From NCBI GenBank assembly GCA_965208665.1, contig CBDBPH010000002.1:1163040-1227039 (forward strand): DNA of 64,000 nucleotides. Reading direction: 5' to 3'. Numbering within the stretch: the first letter of the stretch is position 1; each line of letters starts with the position of its first letter. Source of the DNA: Dehalococcoidia bacterium. Lineage in GTDB: Bacteria > Chloroflexota > Dehalococcoidia > Bin125. Shown in pieces: positions 35,251 to 43,144 of this stretch. The notes under the pieces are model-generated. The model was not told the DNA's origin, did no database searches, and worked only from the letters and a program-made list of their open reading frames with translations. The translations under genes were made by a program, and so were the position numbers.

Positions 35251-36006
35251 ATGACCACCTCCAGCAGTGCAATCGACGCGACACAGATCGAGGCCGACTC
35301 CCAGCGACTGGCCGATTCACATCCGGCCGACATCGTCGCCGAGGCGCTCGCCCGCTTCGACAACATCACCATCTCATTCAGCGGGGCCGAAGATGTGGTG
35401 CTCGTCGACTTCGCCGCTCGCGAAGCACAGAGACTGGGCCGATCGTTCAACGTCTTCACGCTCGACACCGGCCGACTGCATCCCGAAACGCTCGAATTCA
35501 TCCAGCAGGTGCGCGAGCACTACGACGTGCCGATCGAGGCCTACTATCCCAACGCTGAGGCCGTCCAGGCGTTGGTCCGCGAGAAGGGTCTGTTCAGCTT
35601 CCGCACCGACGGGCACCAGGAGTGCTGCGGAATCCGCAAGGTCGAGCCGCTTGGACGCGCGCTGGCCCATGTCGACGCCTACATCACCGGACAGCGCAAG
35701 GACCAGTCGCCGGGCACGCGCGCCGAGATTCCGGTCGTCCAACTTGATCCCGGGTTCGGTCGAGAGGACGATCCTCTGGTCAAGTTCAATCCGCTGGCCA
35801 ACTGGTCGTCCACTCAGGTCTGGCAGCACATCATGGCCTATGGCGTGCCCTACAACCCGCTCCACGACCAGGGTTTCAAGTCGATCGGCTGCGCCCCGTG
35901 CACCCGAGCCACCCATCCCGGCGAGCACGAGCGAGCCGGCCGCTGGTGGTGGGAAGAGGCCACGCAAAAGGAGTGCGGCCTGCACTCGATCAATCTCGAG
36001 CAGTAG
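35251..36006 (+). CDS. cysH: adenylyl-sulfate (APS)/PAPS reductase, Fe-S type
   Basis: Has the ECCGIRKVEPL (Cys-Cys), CAPC and C-terminal ECGLH motifs. Confidence 0.9.
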   Translation: MTTSSSAIDATQIEADSQRLADSHPADIVAEALARFDNITISFSGAEDVVLVDFAAREAQRLGRSFNVFTLDTGRLHPETLEFIQQVREHYDVPIEAYYPNAEAVQALVREKGLFSFRTDGHQECCGIRKVEPLGRALAHVDAYITGQRKDQSPGTRAEIPVVQLDPGFGREDDPLVKFNPLANWSSTQVWQHIMAYGVPYNPLHDQGFKSIGCAPCTRATHPGEHERAGRWWWEEATQKECGLHSINLEQ

Positions 36007-36229
36007 CCGCCAGAATCGCATCGACCAGATCGCCCGCCCGGATCGGCGCCTCGGCCAGGACTCGTCCATCGGCCGTCGCCACGACCGGCACCGCATCCCC
36101 AAACTCGCCTTCTTGCTCCGACCATTCGAACAGCATCGCCACCGAGAGCGAAGCCATCAGTTCCCGCGCCCGCTCGCAGGCGTCGCAATCAGACCTCACC
36201 CAGAGGATCAGCTCCACTCCATCAGCCAC
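35990..36229 (-). CDS. small glutaredoxin/thioredoxin-fold protein (CxxC)
   Basis: 79 aa. Has LILWVRSDCDACERARELM followed by a PVV..DG pattern. The start overlaps the lgt stop by 8 nt; the 3' end overlaps the cysH 3' end by 17 nt (convergent). Confidence 0.6.
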   Translation of the reverse strand: MADGVELILWVRSDCDACERARELMASLSVAMLFEWSEQEGEFGDAVPVVATADGRVLAEAPIRAGDLVDAILAATARD

Positions 36230-37148
36230 GGCCGAGACCTCCGCGTCGGCTGCCGCGGTGCGTTTGCCGCTCCGTCGTAACGCCGGTCGGCACCGGTGCC
36301 TGCTGATGTCGCCGCAAGTGCAGCGCCATCCAGACCGCGGCGATGGCCGTGATGATCGCCAGCAGTTGCGGCACGCTCAGCGCACCGGCGAGCGCCGCCT
36401 CGTCGGTCCGCAGCAACGACAGCGAGCCGCGCACAACCGCGTAGGCGAAGACGTAGAACGTGAATCCCCAACCGGCGCCGACCCCCAGCCGACGCAGCAA
36501 GAACAGCCCACCGAGGATCATGAAGTCCAGAATCGGCTCGTAGCCCCCCGCGACCGGGTGCACCGCGACCGGCGCCTCATCGACCAACCCGCGAGATCCG
36601 CGGTACCACTCATCGACTCCGGGCGAAGACCAGGGCCCGTCGGTCAGCGGATGCGTGTAGCGAAAGGCCCACGGCAGATCGGAGGCGTTGGCGAAGTGCT
36701 CGCCGTTGATCGTGTCGCCAAACCTACCCACCGCCTGCCCCAGGATCATTCCCGGCGCAGCGACGTCCAACGCCACCCACTTGGGAAAGTTCGGCTTGAA
36801 GAACGTCACAAACAGAAAGCCGCCCAACACGCCGCCGATCATCGCGCCGTAAATCGAGATCCCACCGTCGGTCAGGGCGAATATGTCGCCGACGGAGCCG
36901 ATCTGGTCAGTGTGTTCCAGCACCCAAAGCAGCCGTGCGCCGACGATCCCCGAGAGCACCGAGACCACAGCGATCGACATCGCATCGTCCTCGGAGATGC
37001 GCGCGCGACGCGCCAGACGCACCGCCAACCACACCCCCAGCGCGATCCCGACTGCCGTGAACAGTCCGTGCCACGTGAGCTCGAATCCGCCGGTGTCGAC
37101 CAACACCGGATTGATATTGATGTTGATGATCCCGACCAGCTCAATCAT
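36222..37148 (-). CDS. lgt: prolipoprotein diacylglyceryl transferase
   Basis: Has INPVLV..GGFELTWHGL near the N-terminus and GRFGDTINGEH (the Lgt signature GR.GN..N.E). Start taken at ATG 37148 (MIELVG, verified), overlapping the resB stop. An upstream start at 37166 or 37241 is possible. Confidence 0.85.
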   Translation of the reverse strand: MIELVGIINININPVLVDTGGFELTWHGLFTAVGIALGVWLAVRLARRARISEDDAMSIAVVSVLSGIVGARLLWVLEHTDQIGSVGDIFALTDGGISIYGAMIGGVLGGFLFVTFFKPNFPKWVALDVAAPGMILGQAVGRFGDTINGEHFANASDLPWAFRYTHPLTDGPWSSPGVDEWYRGSRGLVDEAPVAVHPVAGGYEPILDFMILGGLFLLRRLGVGAGWGFTFYVFAYAVVRGSLSLLRTDEAALAGALSVPQLLAIITAIAAVWMALHLRRHQQAPVPTGVTTERQTHRGSRRGGLGRG

Positions 37149-39318
37149 CGTCACCACTCCCGTCATCACCTTGAGCGTAGTCGCCGCCGAACATACCGCG
37201 ACCACCAAAGCGGCGGCGCGGTTTGCCCTGCTGGTCTTCACCGGATGCGAGCCGTTCCAGTTCAGATGTCAGGTCAACGCCGTGTCCGGCCTGTCCCGCC
37301 AGTTGGATGCGATCCGCCGTCACTCGTGCCCAGACCCGGCGCCGCGGCATGAAAAAGGTCGTGCTCATCCCGACAATCCCGAGTCCGATCCCCACCCAGA
37401 ACGCCGTCCCGCCCGGATCGCGGCGCACGTTGAGCCCGGTGAACTCGCGCGGGCCGGCGAACTGGTAGCGCATCCCGCCGTGCACGATCTCCTGCCCCTC
37501 GTCCAGCTCGATCCGGCCCGCAGCGCCGCCCAAACCCAGCACCATCCGTGCCGGCCGTCCTACCTGTCCGCCCGCCGACGACGTATTCGTCGACCCTTCC
37601 GCCAGCCGCACGCTCTCTCCACCGAGCGCGTTGAACTGCTCCGCCGTCCGCGCCTGTCCGAATCGCTCCAACGCGATCAGCGCATCACCCGCCGCCCCGG
37701 GGATATCCGACGCCACCTCAAAGAACACGGACTCCGCGCCTAGCCAGGTCAGGTCGATCGCCCCGACTCGTCGCGTCTCATTGATCGCGAGCGAGCCCTG
37801 GAGCCCTTCGTCTGGCTCAGCGCCGAGATAGGTCAGGCTCATACCATTGCTCAGCTCGATCGAACCGCCCGTCGACAGCGCACCACGATCGGACTCTCGA
37901 CTTGGCGAGTAGTAAAAGAACCCCTCGCCCGTTTCTCCGTCTCGAAATCCCACGTAAAGCAACTCGTCCTCGCCGACCGCCAGCGCGGTCAATCGAGCCT
38001 CGCCCTCCTCCTGATCGAGCGACACCACACCCTCGAACGCCCGCTCGCCATTTATCGACAAGAGCACTCGAGGTCCCGTCGGCGCTTCCATTCCGACGCC
38101 GAGGTCGGCCAATGTCAACCCCGCAGCGTCCTGCGGTGTCTGGATCACGCGGTACCAGAACTCGAAGTCGACCTCCGTCGGGATCAGCACGATCGCCAGG
38201 GATCGGACCGCGTCGAGCGGCGCCAGGCTGTAACCCGAGACCCGCTCATCACCCCCCGATCCGGCAACTTCGTCCACAACCTGATGCTGCAGCGAAATCA
38301 CCTCTTCCGACACCACCGCGCCACCGCGTTCAACCCGAATTCTTGGTCCGACGATCTGCCCGTCAAGGAAGTGCGTCTCCGCGTAGAGCAACTGGCCCGA
38401 CGCATGATCGAACACGCGCAACTCCGCGCCATGCTCCCAGTACGCCGCCTGGTGGACTCGGTAGCCCGCCGCGTGGACGGGCCCGTTGACGGTCACCTCT
38501 CCGCCGCCGACCTCTCGGCCGGCCTCTGCCACTCGGACGATGCTGCGGAAATCCAACGCCTGACCGTCGTCGGCAAACCGCGCGATCGCATCGTCAACGA
38601 CGATCTGCACCTGCGCACGATCGTCTCCCGGCGGGAAGAGAATGTGAGACTCGCCCTCGGCCACCCAGAACTGATACTCCTCGCCTGCGAACTTGGTCAC
38701 CAGTGTCGCGCCGAGCAGCAGCAGCAAGGCCAGGTGAGTTGCGAAGGTGGCCAGTTGCGCCCAGCCGTAACGATCGGCGAAGAGCATCACTTCGCCGTCG
38801 CCGGACTCGACCTCCTCGACCCGATAGCGCGCGGCGCGTAGCCGGGCTACCAGCTGATCGCGAGCTGAGCCCTGTTCCTCGTCCTCACCAATCGCGGCTG
38901 ACGCCCGGTGTCGCGCCCGCTCGAAATAGGCCGCGTTCACCCGCTTCGGCGGCCGCCGAACGGTACGCCAGATCGGCGGCGCGCGGCTGACCGTACAGAC
39001 CGAGATCGCCAGCGCGACCAGCGCCACCACCGCGTACCAGTAGGGCTGCTTGTACAGGTTGAAGACGCCGCCGTTGGTCTCGTAGAACCAGGGGAACTCC
39101 GCCAACACATCGGTGAACCAGCCCCAGGTCGGGCGCTGAGCCTCGATGTGTTCCTCGACCTGCTCCGGAATGTCTGCCAACTGCGGCGGAACCTGGGGAA
39201 TGATCACGCCGACGGCCGAGAACAACGCGGCCGCAAGAATCAAGCCAATCGCCCACTTGACCGACGTCAACCGACGCCAGATCCACCAGGCAGGGTCGGG
39301 CCACGCATCTCGCCGCAT
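37141..39318 (-). CDS. resB: ResB/Ccs1-family cytochrome c biogenesis protein (System II), enlarged extracytoplasmic domain
   Basis: Has the ResB-type N-terminus (WRRLTSVKWAIGLILAAALFSAVGVIIPQ) and TM helices at both ends around a large soluble middle. 725 aa. Confidence 0.75.
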   Translation of the reverse strand: MRRDAWPDPAWWIWRRLTSVKWAIGLILAAALFSAVGVIIPQVPPQLADIPEQVEEHIEAQRPTWGWFTDVLAEFPWFYETNGGVFNLYKQPYWYAVVALVALAISVCTVSRAPPIWRTVRRPPKRVNAAYFERARHRASAAIGEDEEQGSARDQLVARLRAARYRVEEVESGDGEVMLFADRYGWAQLATFATHLALLLLLGATLVTKFAGEEYQFWVAEGESHILFPPGDDRAQVQIVVDDAIARFADDGQALDFRSIVRVAEAGREVGGGEVTVNGPVHAAGYRVHQAAYWEHGAELRVFDHASGQLLYAETHFLDGQIVGPRIRVERGGAVVSEEVISLQHQVVDEVAGSGGDERVSGYSLAPLDAVRSLAIVLIPTEVDFEFWYRVIQTPQDAAGLTLADLGVGMEAPTGPRVLLSINGERAFEGVVSLDQEEGEARLTALAVGEDELLYVGFRDGETGEGFFYYSPSRESDRGALSTGGSIELSNGMSLTYLGAEPDEGLQGSLAINETRRVGAIDLTWLGAESVFFEVASDIPGAAGDALIALERFGQARTAEQFNALGGESVRLAEGSTNTSSAGGQVGRPARMVLGLGGAAGRIELDEGQEIVHGGMRYQFAGPREFTGLNVRRDPGGTAFWVGIGLGIVGMSTTFFMPRRRVWARVTADRIQLAGQAGHGVDLTSELERLASGEDQQGKPRRRFGGRGMFGGDYAQGDDGSGDDD

Positions 39319-39323
39319 GAGTC

Positions 39324-40388
39324 TCAGCGTATCGGCGGCTGCTTCAATCCCGACCCCGTCAACGGCACCAGCACTCGCTCATCCTCGGCCAGCATCCCGC
39401 GCTCCAGCAGACGCCGCAGCGCCGCCAACGGCACCGCCGATGTCGGCTCCACGAACAGGCCGCGCTGCGAGATCGTTGTCCGCGCCAGCTCGATCTCCAA
39501 CTCCGACACGACGCCGGCGGCTCCACCCGTCTCCCGCACAGCCTCCAGCATCTGCGCCAGACGCGGCGGCTGCGCGACCGCGATGCCGTCGGCCATGGTT
39601 GGCTGCGGTTCGCGGGGCTCATGGTTGCGGAAGGCGGAAGCCAGTGGGCTGACATTCATCGCCTGGATCGCGTACAACCGCGGCATCCGTTCGATCCGAC
39701 CCAGTTGTACGAATTCCCGGAATCCACGATGCAGGCCGATCAGCAATGAACCATTGCCGACCGGCAACACGATCGCGTCGGGCAGCCCGTGCTCGGCGAT
39801 CTCCTCGGCGGCCGACTTCATGCCCTCGCAGAAATATGGACTCTGGTTGTGCGAGAGGTAGGGAATGCCCCGTTCCTGGGCATACTGCTCAGCGGCCGCG
39901 GCGACGGCCTCACGGTCACCGTCGACGGAGTGAATGTTGCCGCCGACGGCGATGATTTGCGCTTTCTTGGTCTCCGAAGCATCGGCTGGGACGAAAATCT
40001 CGGCCGACATCCGGGCCGCGGCGGCGTACGCGGCGAGCGCAGCGCCGGCATTGCCAGATGAGTCCTCGACGAATGCGGACGCGCCGCCGCTCCAGGCTGC
40101 CGAGACCAGCATCGCCGCCCCGCGATCCTTGAACGAACCCGTCGGCGAGAGGAACTCGAGCTTCAGCTCCAACCGCAGGCGCAGCGCGTCAGGCCAGTCG
40201 AAGCTGATTGTCGGCGTATCTCCTTGCCCCAGCGGCAACGGGGTGAGCGGCAGGCGGATGCCGCCCTCCGGCAGCCGCGGATAGTCGATCTCGTAGAGGC
40301 CGCCGCAACTCTCGCAGGAGAGCTCCAACGAGGCCGGCGCCAGGGAGACACAACCGAGACAACTCAGGTGGTGTCGCACGACGGGCAT
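39324..40388 (-). CDS. threonine synthase-family PLP enzyme (short form with N-terminal Cys4 ribbon)
   Basis: Has CLGC...CESCGG, then the LSPTGSFKDRGAA PLP-lysine block and SSGNAG. Confidence 0.8.
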   Translation of the reverse strand: MPVVRHHLSCLGCVSLAPASLELSCESCGGLYEIDYPRLPEGGIRLPLTPLPLGQGDTPTISFDWPDALRLRLELKLEFLSPTGSFKDRGAAMLVSAAWSGGASAFVEDSSGNAGAALAAYAAAARMSAEIFVPADASETKKAQIIAVGGNIHSVDGDREAVAAAAEQYAQERGIPYLSHNQSPYFCEGMKSAAEEIAEHGLPDAIVLPVGNGSLLIGLHRGFREFVQLGRIERMPRLYAIQAMNVSPLASAFRNHEPREPQPTMADGIAVAQPPRLAQMLEAVRETGGAAGVVSELEIELARTTISQRGLFVEPTSAVPLAALRRLLERGMLAEDERVLVPLTGSGLKQPPIR

Positions 40389-41578
40389 CAGGCGAAGAAC
40401 TCTCTGATGTCGTCGATCAGCAGGTCAGGCACCTCCATCGCCGGGAAGTGCCCGCCCTCGCGGAACTCCGTCCACTGGACCACGTTGAAGGCGCGCTCAC
40501 ACCACGACCTGGGCGGCAGCGGCGTGCCTCGCTTGAGCTTGACGAAGCCGGCAGGCACATCCGTGCGCGCTCCCTCACGCAATCGCACCTGACCGCCGAT
40601 TTCCGCCTCAACCTCCGCCGGCGGCCGCATCGCCTCGTGGTAGATCCGCATTGCCGACGACTGCGTCCGCGTGAACCAGTAAATCGCCACGGTCGCCAGC
40701 AGCTCGTCCTTCGAAAAGCGTCGATACAGGTCGCCGCCTCGCGGCTGCTCGTCTTCCCGCATGATGTCGGCCAGGATCCACCACTTGTCGACGATCCAGG
40801 CCAGCAGACCGACCGGCGAATCCTCAAGGTGAAACGCCATCGTCTGGAACTTGGTGCCATGAATGCCGCGATGCGCAGCGTCGTCGCGGACGTACGGTTC
40901 CTGCTCATCGACGAAGAACCGTTGCTCCACCTCACTCTGTGGAGCAGCCGCTGATCCGCCCGGAGCCAGCGCGGCCATCGTCATGTGGATGCGGGGGATC
41001 CGGTCGGCATGCCGTAGCGCGAGCTGTCCGCCGATGGCCGCGCCCCAATCCCCACCGTGGTACAGGAACTCGTCATAGCCCAGCCGCGACATCAGCTCGA
41101 CCCACATGTCGGCAATCGCCGCCGGACCCAACCCGCCCTGTCGCGGAATGTCCGACCAGCCGTAGCCGGGCAACGACGGCGCGATCACATGGAACGCAGG
41201 AGCGTTTGGATTCGCCGGTTCGGCCAACTCGTCGATGATCTTGTGGAAGTCGTAGACCGTCGAAGGCCAGCCATGCTGGATCATCAGCGGTCGCGCGTCG
41301 CGTCGCGGACTGCGCCGATGAATGAAGTGAATCCCCAGCGACTCGCCATTCCAGGCGGTCAGCGACGCCTTGAATTGGGGAAACCCGTTGAGCAGCGACT
41401 CAATCGAACGCCAGTCGAACTCGTCCGTCCAGTAGTCGACAAGATCTTGCGTGAAAGCAAGGTCGATGCCGTACAGCCAGTCAGATCCGGGAACCTCACT
41501 CAACCAGCGCGCGTCGCGCAGGCGCCGTCGAAGCTCGCTGATCTCGGACTCAGGGACGGCGATTTTGTACGGCTCCAC
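40388..41578 (-). CDS. epoxide hydrolase (EH N-terminal domain plus alpha/beta hydrolase), paralogue 1
   Basis: Has PYKIAVPESEISELRRRL..ARW and HGWPS, with HGGDWGA around the nucleophile. Start set to the GTG at 41578, 5 nt after GGGAGG. The upstream track extension covers the REP hairpins. Confidence 0.85.
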   Translation of the reverse strand: MEPYKIAVPESEISELRRRLRDARWLSEVPGSDWLYGIDLAFTQDLVDYWTDEFDWRSIESLLNGFPQFKASLTAWNGESLGIHFIHRRSPRRDARPLMIQHGWPSTVYDFHKIIDELAEPANPNAPAFHVIAPSLPGYGWSDIPRQGGLGPAAIADMWVELMSRLGYDEFLYHGGDWGAAIGGQLALRHADRIPRIHMTMAALAPGGSAAAPQSEVEQRFFVDEQEPYVRDDAAHRGIHGTKFQTMAFHLEDSPVGLLAWIVDKWWILADIMREDEQPRGGDLYRRFSKDELLATVAIYWFTRTQSSAMRIYHEAMRPPAEVEAEIGGQVRLREGARTDVPAGFVKLKRGTPLPPRSWCERAFNVVQWTEFREGGHFPAMEVPDLLIDDIREFFA

Positions 41579-41623
41579 CGTTGCCTCCCTCTGCCTATGA
41601 ACAATCGATGCCGCCGCGCACGC

Positions 41624-41683
41624 ACGGGCGACCACAAGGGTCGCCCGTACAGAGAGTTGTAGGGGCAGGCCTTGTCCCTGCCC
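41624..41683. repeat. two REP-like GC hairpins between epoxide hydrolase genes
   Basis: 41624-41648 is ACGGGCGACC-ACAAG-GGTCGCCCGT (10-bp stem). 41663-41683 is GGGCAGG-CCTTGTC-CCTGCCC (7-bp stem). Confidence 0.7.
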
Positions 41684-41718
41684 GCGCGCGATGCACAATT
41701 CCCCGCTTAACTCCCCGC

Positions 41719-42876
41719 TTAACGAAGAGGCCGGAAGAAGTCCCGAATGTCCTGCACCAACAGATCCGGCTCCTCCAGCGCGGCGAAGTGACCGCCCTTC
41801 TCATGCTCCGACCACTGGGTGATGTTGTAACCCGGCTCGCACCAGCTGCGCGGCGCAGTGATGATTTCCTTGGGGAAGATCGAGAAACCGGTCGGCGTCT
41901 CGAGTCGGCCCGGCAGGAAGTTCTCGGCCTGGTTCTGGCGCATCTCGTAGTAGTAGCGGGTCGACGAGTTGATCGTCTGGCCGAACCAGTAGATCGAGAT
42001 GTTGGTCAGGATCTCATCCTTGGTGAAGCGCTTCTCGATATCGCCGTCGCAGTCCGACCACGACCGCCACTTCTCCGTGATCCAGGCGGCCAGCCCGGCC
42101 GGCGAATCGGTCAGCCCGTATGCCAGCGTCTGCGGCTTGGTCCCCTGGATCGCCTGGTAACCCGTCTCCTGGGCCTGCCAGTGCGCCATCTGCGCCGCGA
42201 CCTCTCGTTCCCGGTCGGTCCATTCCTCTTGCGGCTTGTCCTGCGGCGGACGACCGATTGGCATGTTGATCTGCGCGCCGACGCAGTTGTCCGGGTGCTG
42301 GTAGGCGACCTGTGCGGTCACAATCGCGCCCCAGTCGCCGCCCTGCGCTCCGTACTGCTCGTAGCCGAGCTGCTCCATCAGCGCGCCCCAGAGCAGCGCG
42401 GTCCGCTTCTGACCGAAGCCGCCCGACGTCGGGATCTGCGAGAACCCATAGCCGGGGATCGACGGCGCGACCACGGTGAAGGCGTCGGCCGGGTCGCCAC
42501 CGTGCGACGCCGGATCGGTCAAGGGCCCGAGGATCTTGACCACCTCGTAGAACGTGCCCGGCCAACCGTGAGTGAACACCAACGGCAGCGGGTTCGGTCC
42601 GTTGCCTTCCTGGTGCACGTAGTGAACCGTGTAGTCCTCGACGCCGTCTGCAGACACCTGCGTCGTGAACTGCGGGATGCGATTGAGATACGTCTCCTGG
42701 ACGCGCCAGTCATAGCCGGTGCGCCAGTATTCACAGAGCTCCTGCATGTAAGCCAGGTTCGAGCCGTACTGCCAGCCGGAATCGCTCACTTCCGAGGGCC
42801 AACGGGTCTGCGCCAACCGGCGCTTGAGGTCGCGGATATCGGTGTCGGACACATCGATCTTGAATGGTTCGGGCAT
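41719..42876 (-). CDS. epoxide hydrolase, paralogue 2
   Basis: Has MPEPFKIDVSDTDIRDLKRRLAQTRWPSEV, HGWPG and GGDWGA. Collinear with 46601-47758. Confidence 0.9.
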   Translation of the reverse strand: MPEPFKIDVSDTDIRDLKRRLAQTRWPSEVSDSGWQYGSNLAYMQELCEYWRTGYDWRVQETYLNRIPQFTTQVSADGVEDYTVHYVHQEGNGPNPLPLVFTHGWPGTFYEVVKILGPLTDPASHGGDPADAFTVVAPSIPGYGFSQIPTSGGFGQKRTALLWGALMEQLGYEQYGAQGGDWGAIVTAQVAYQHPDNCVGAQINMPIGRPPQDKPQEEWTDREREVAAQMAHWQAQETGYQAIQGTKPQTLAYGLTDSPAGLAAWITEKWRSWSDCDGDIEKRFTKDEILTNISIYWFGQTINSSTRYYYEMRQNQAENFLPGRLETPTGFSIFPKEIITAPRSWCEPGYNITQWSEHEKGGHFAALEEPDLLVQDIRDFFRPLR

Positions 42877-42996
42877 GTTCGTAATCCTCTCGCCGAATGC
42901 GAGTCTGCGTACAAAATGATCCGCGCGCAGTATCGCACGAGCCCGACGGCACGCTCAGCTTGCCAGGCGAATCAACAAACGCCCCCCGCCAACTCC

Positions 42997-43141
42997 CCTT
43001 CCCTCCTGGAGAGAGCCTGCCCCTCGAAGGCGGGGGCTGGGGTGAGGCTCCGGTTGGGATGAGGGGACCGTAGGGCTCTGGCTCCCTCTCCCGCTGGGAG
43101 AGCGCCAGCCCCCGCGACGGCGGGGGCTGGGGGTGAGAGTC
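42997..43141. repeat. two copies of a REP/MITE-like double-hairpin element
   Basis: Copy 2 (about 43080-43141) has CTCTCCC-GCT-GGGAGAG followed by CCAGCCCCCGC-GACG-GCGGGGGCTGG (11-bp perfect stem). Copy 1 (about 42997-43050) is a degenerate version ending GGCGGGGGCTGGGGTGAGG. Confidence 0.7.
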
Positions 43142-43144
43142 CGT

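Noticed and set aside
35133-35501. N-terminal extension of the Rrf2 ORF (track start 35501)
   Set aside because: The Ser/Ala-rich extension runs through the cysH promoter and 5' coding region. Rrf2 homology starts at MMKLSSTSDYG.
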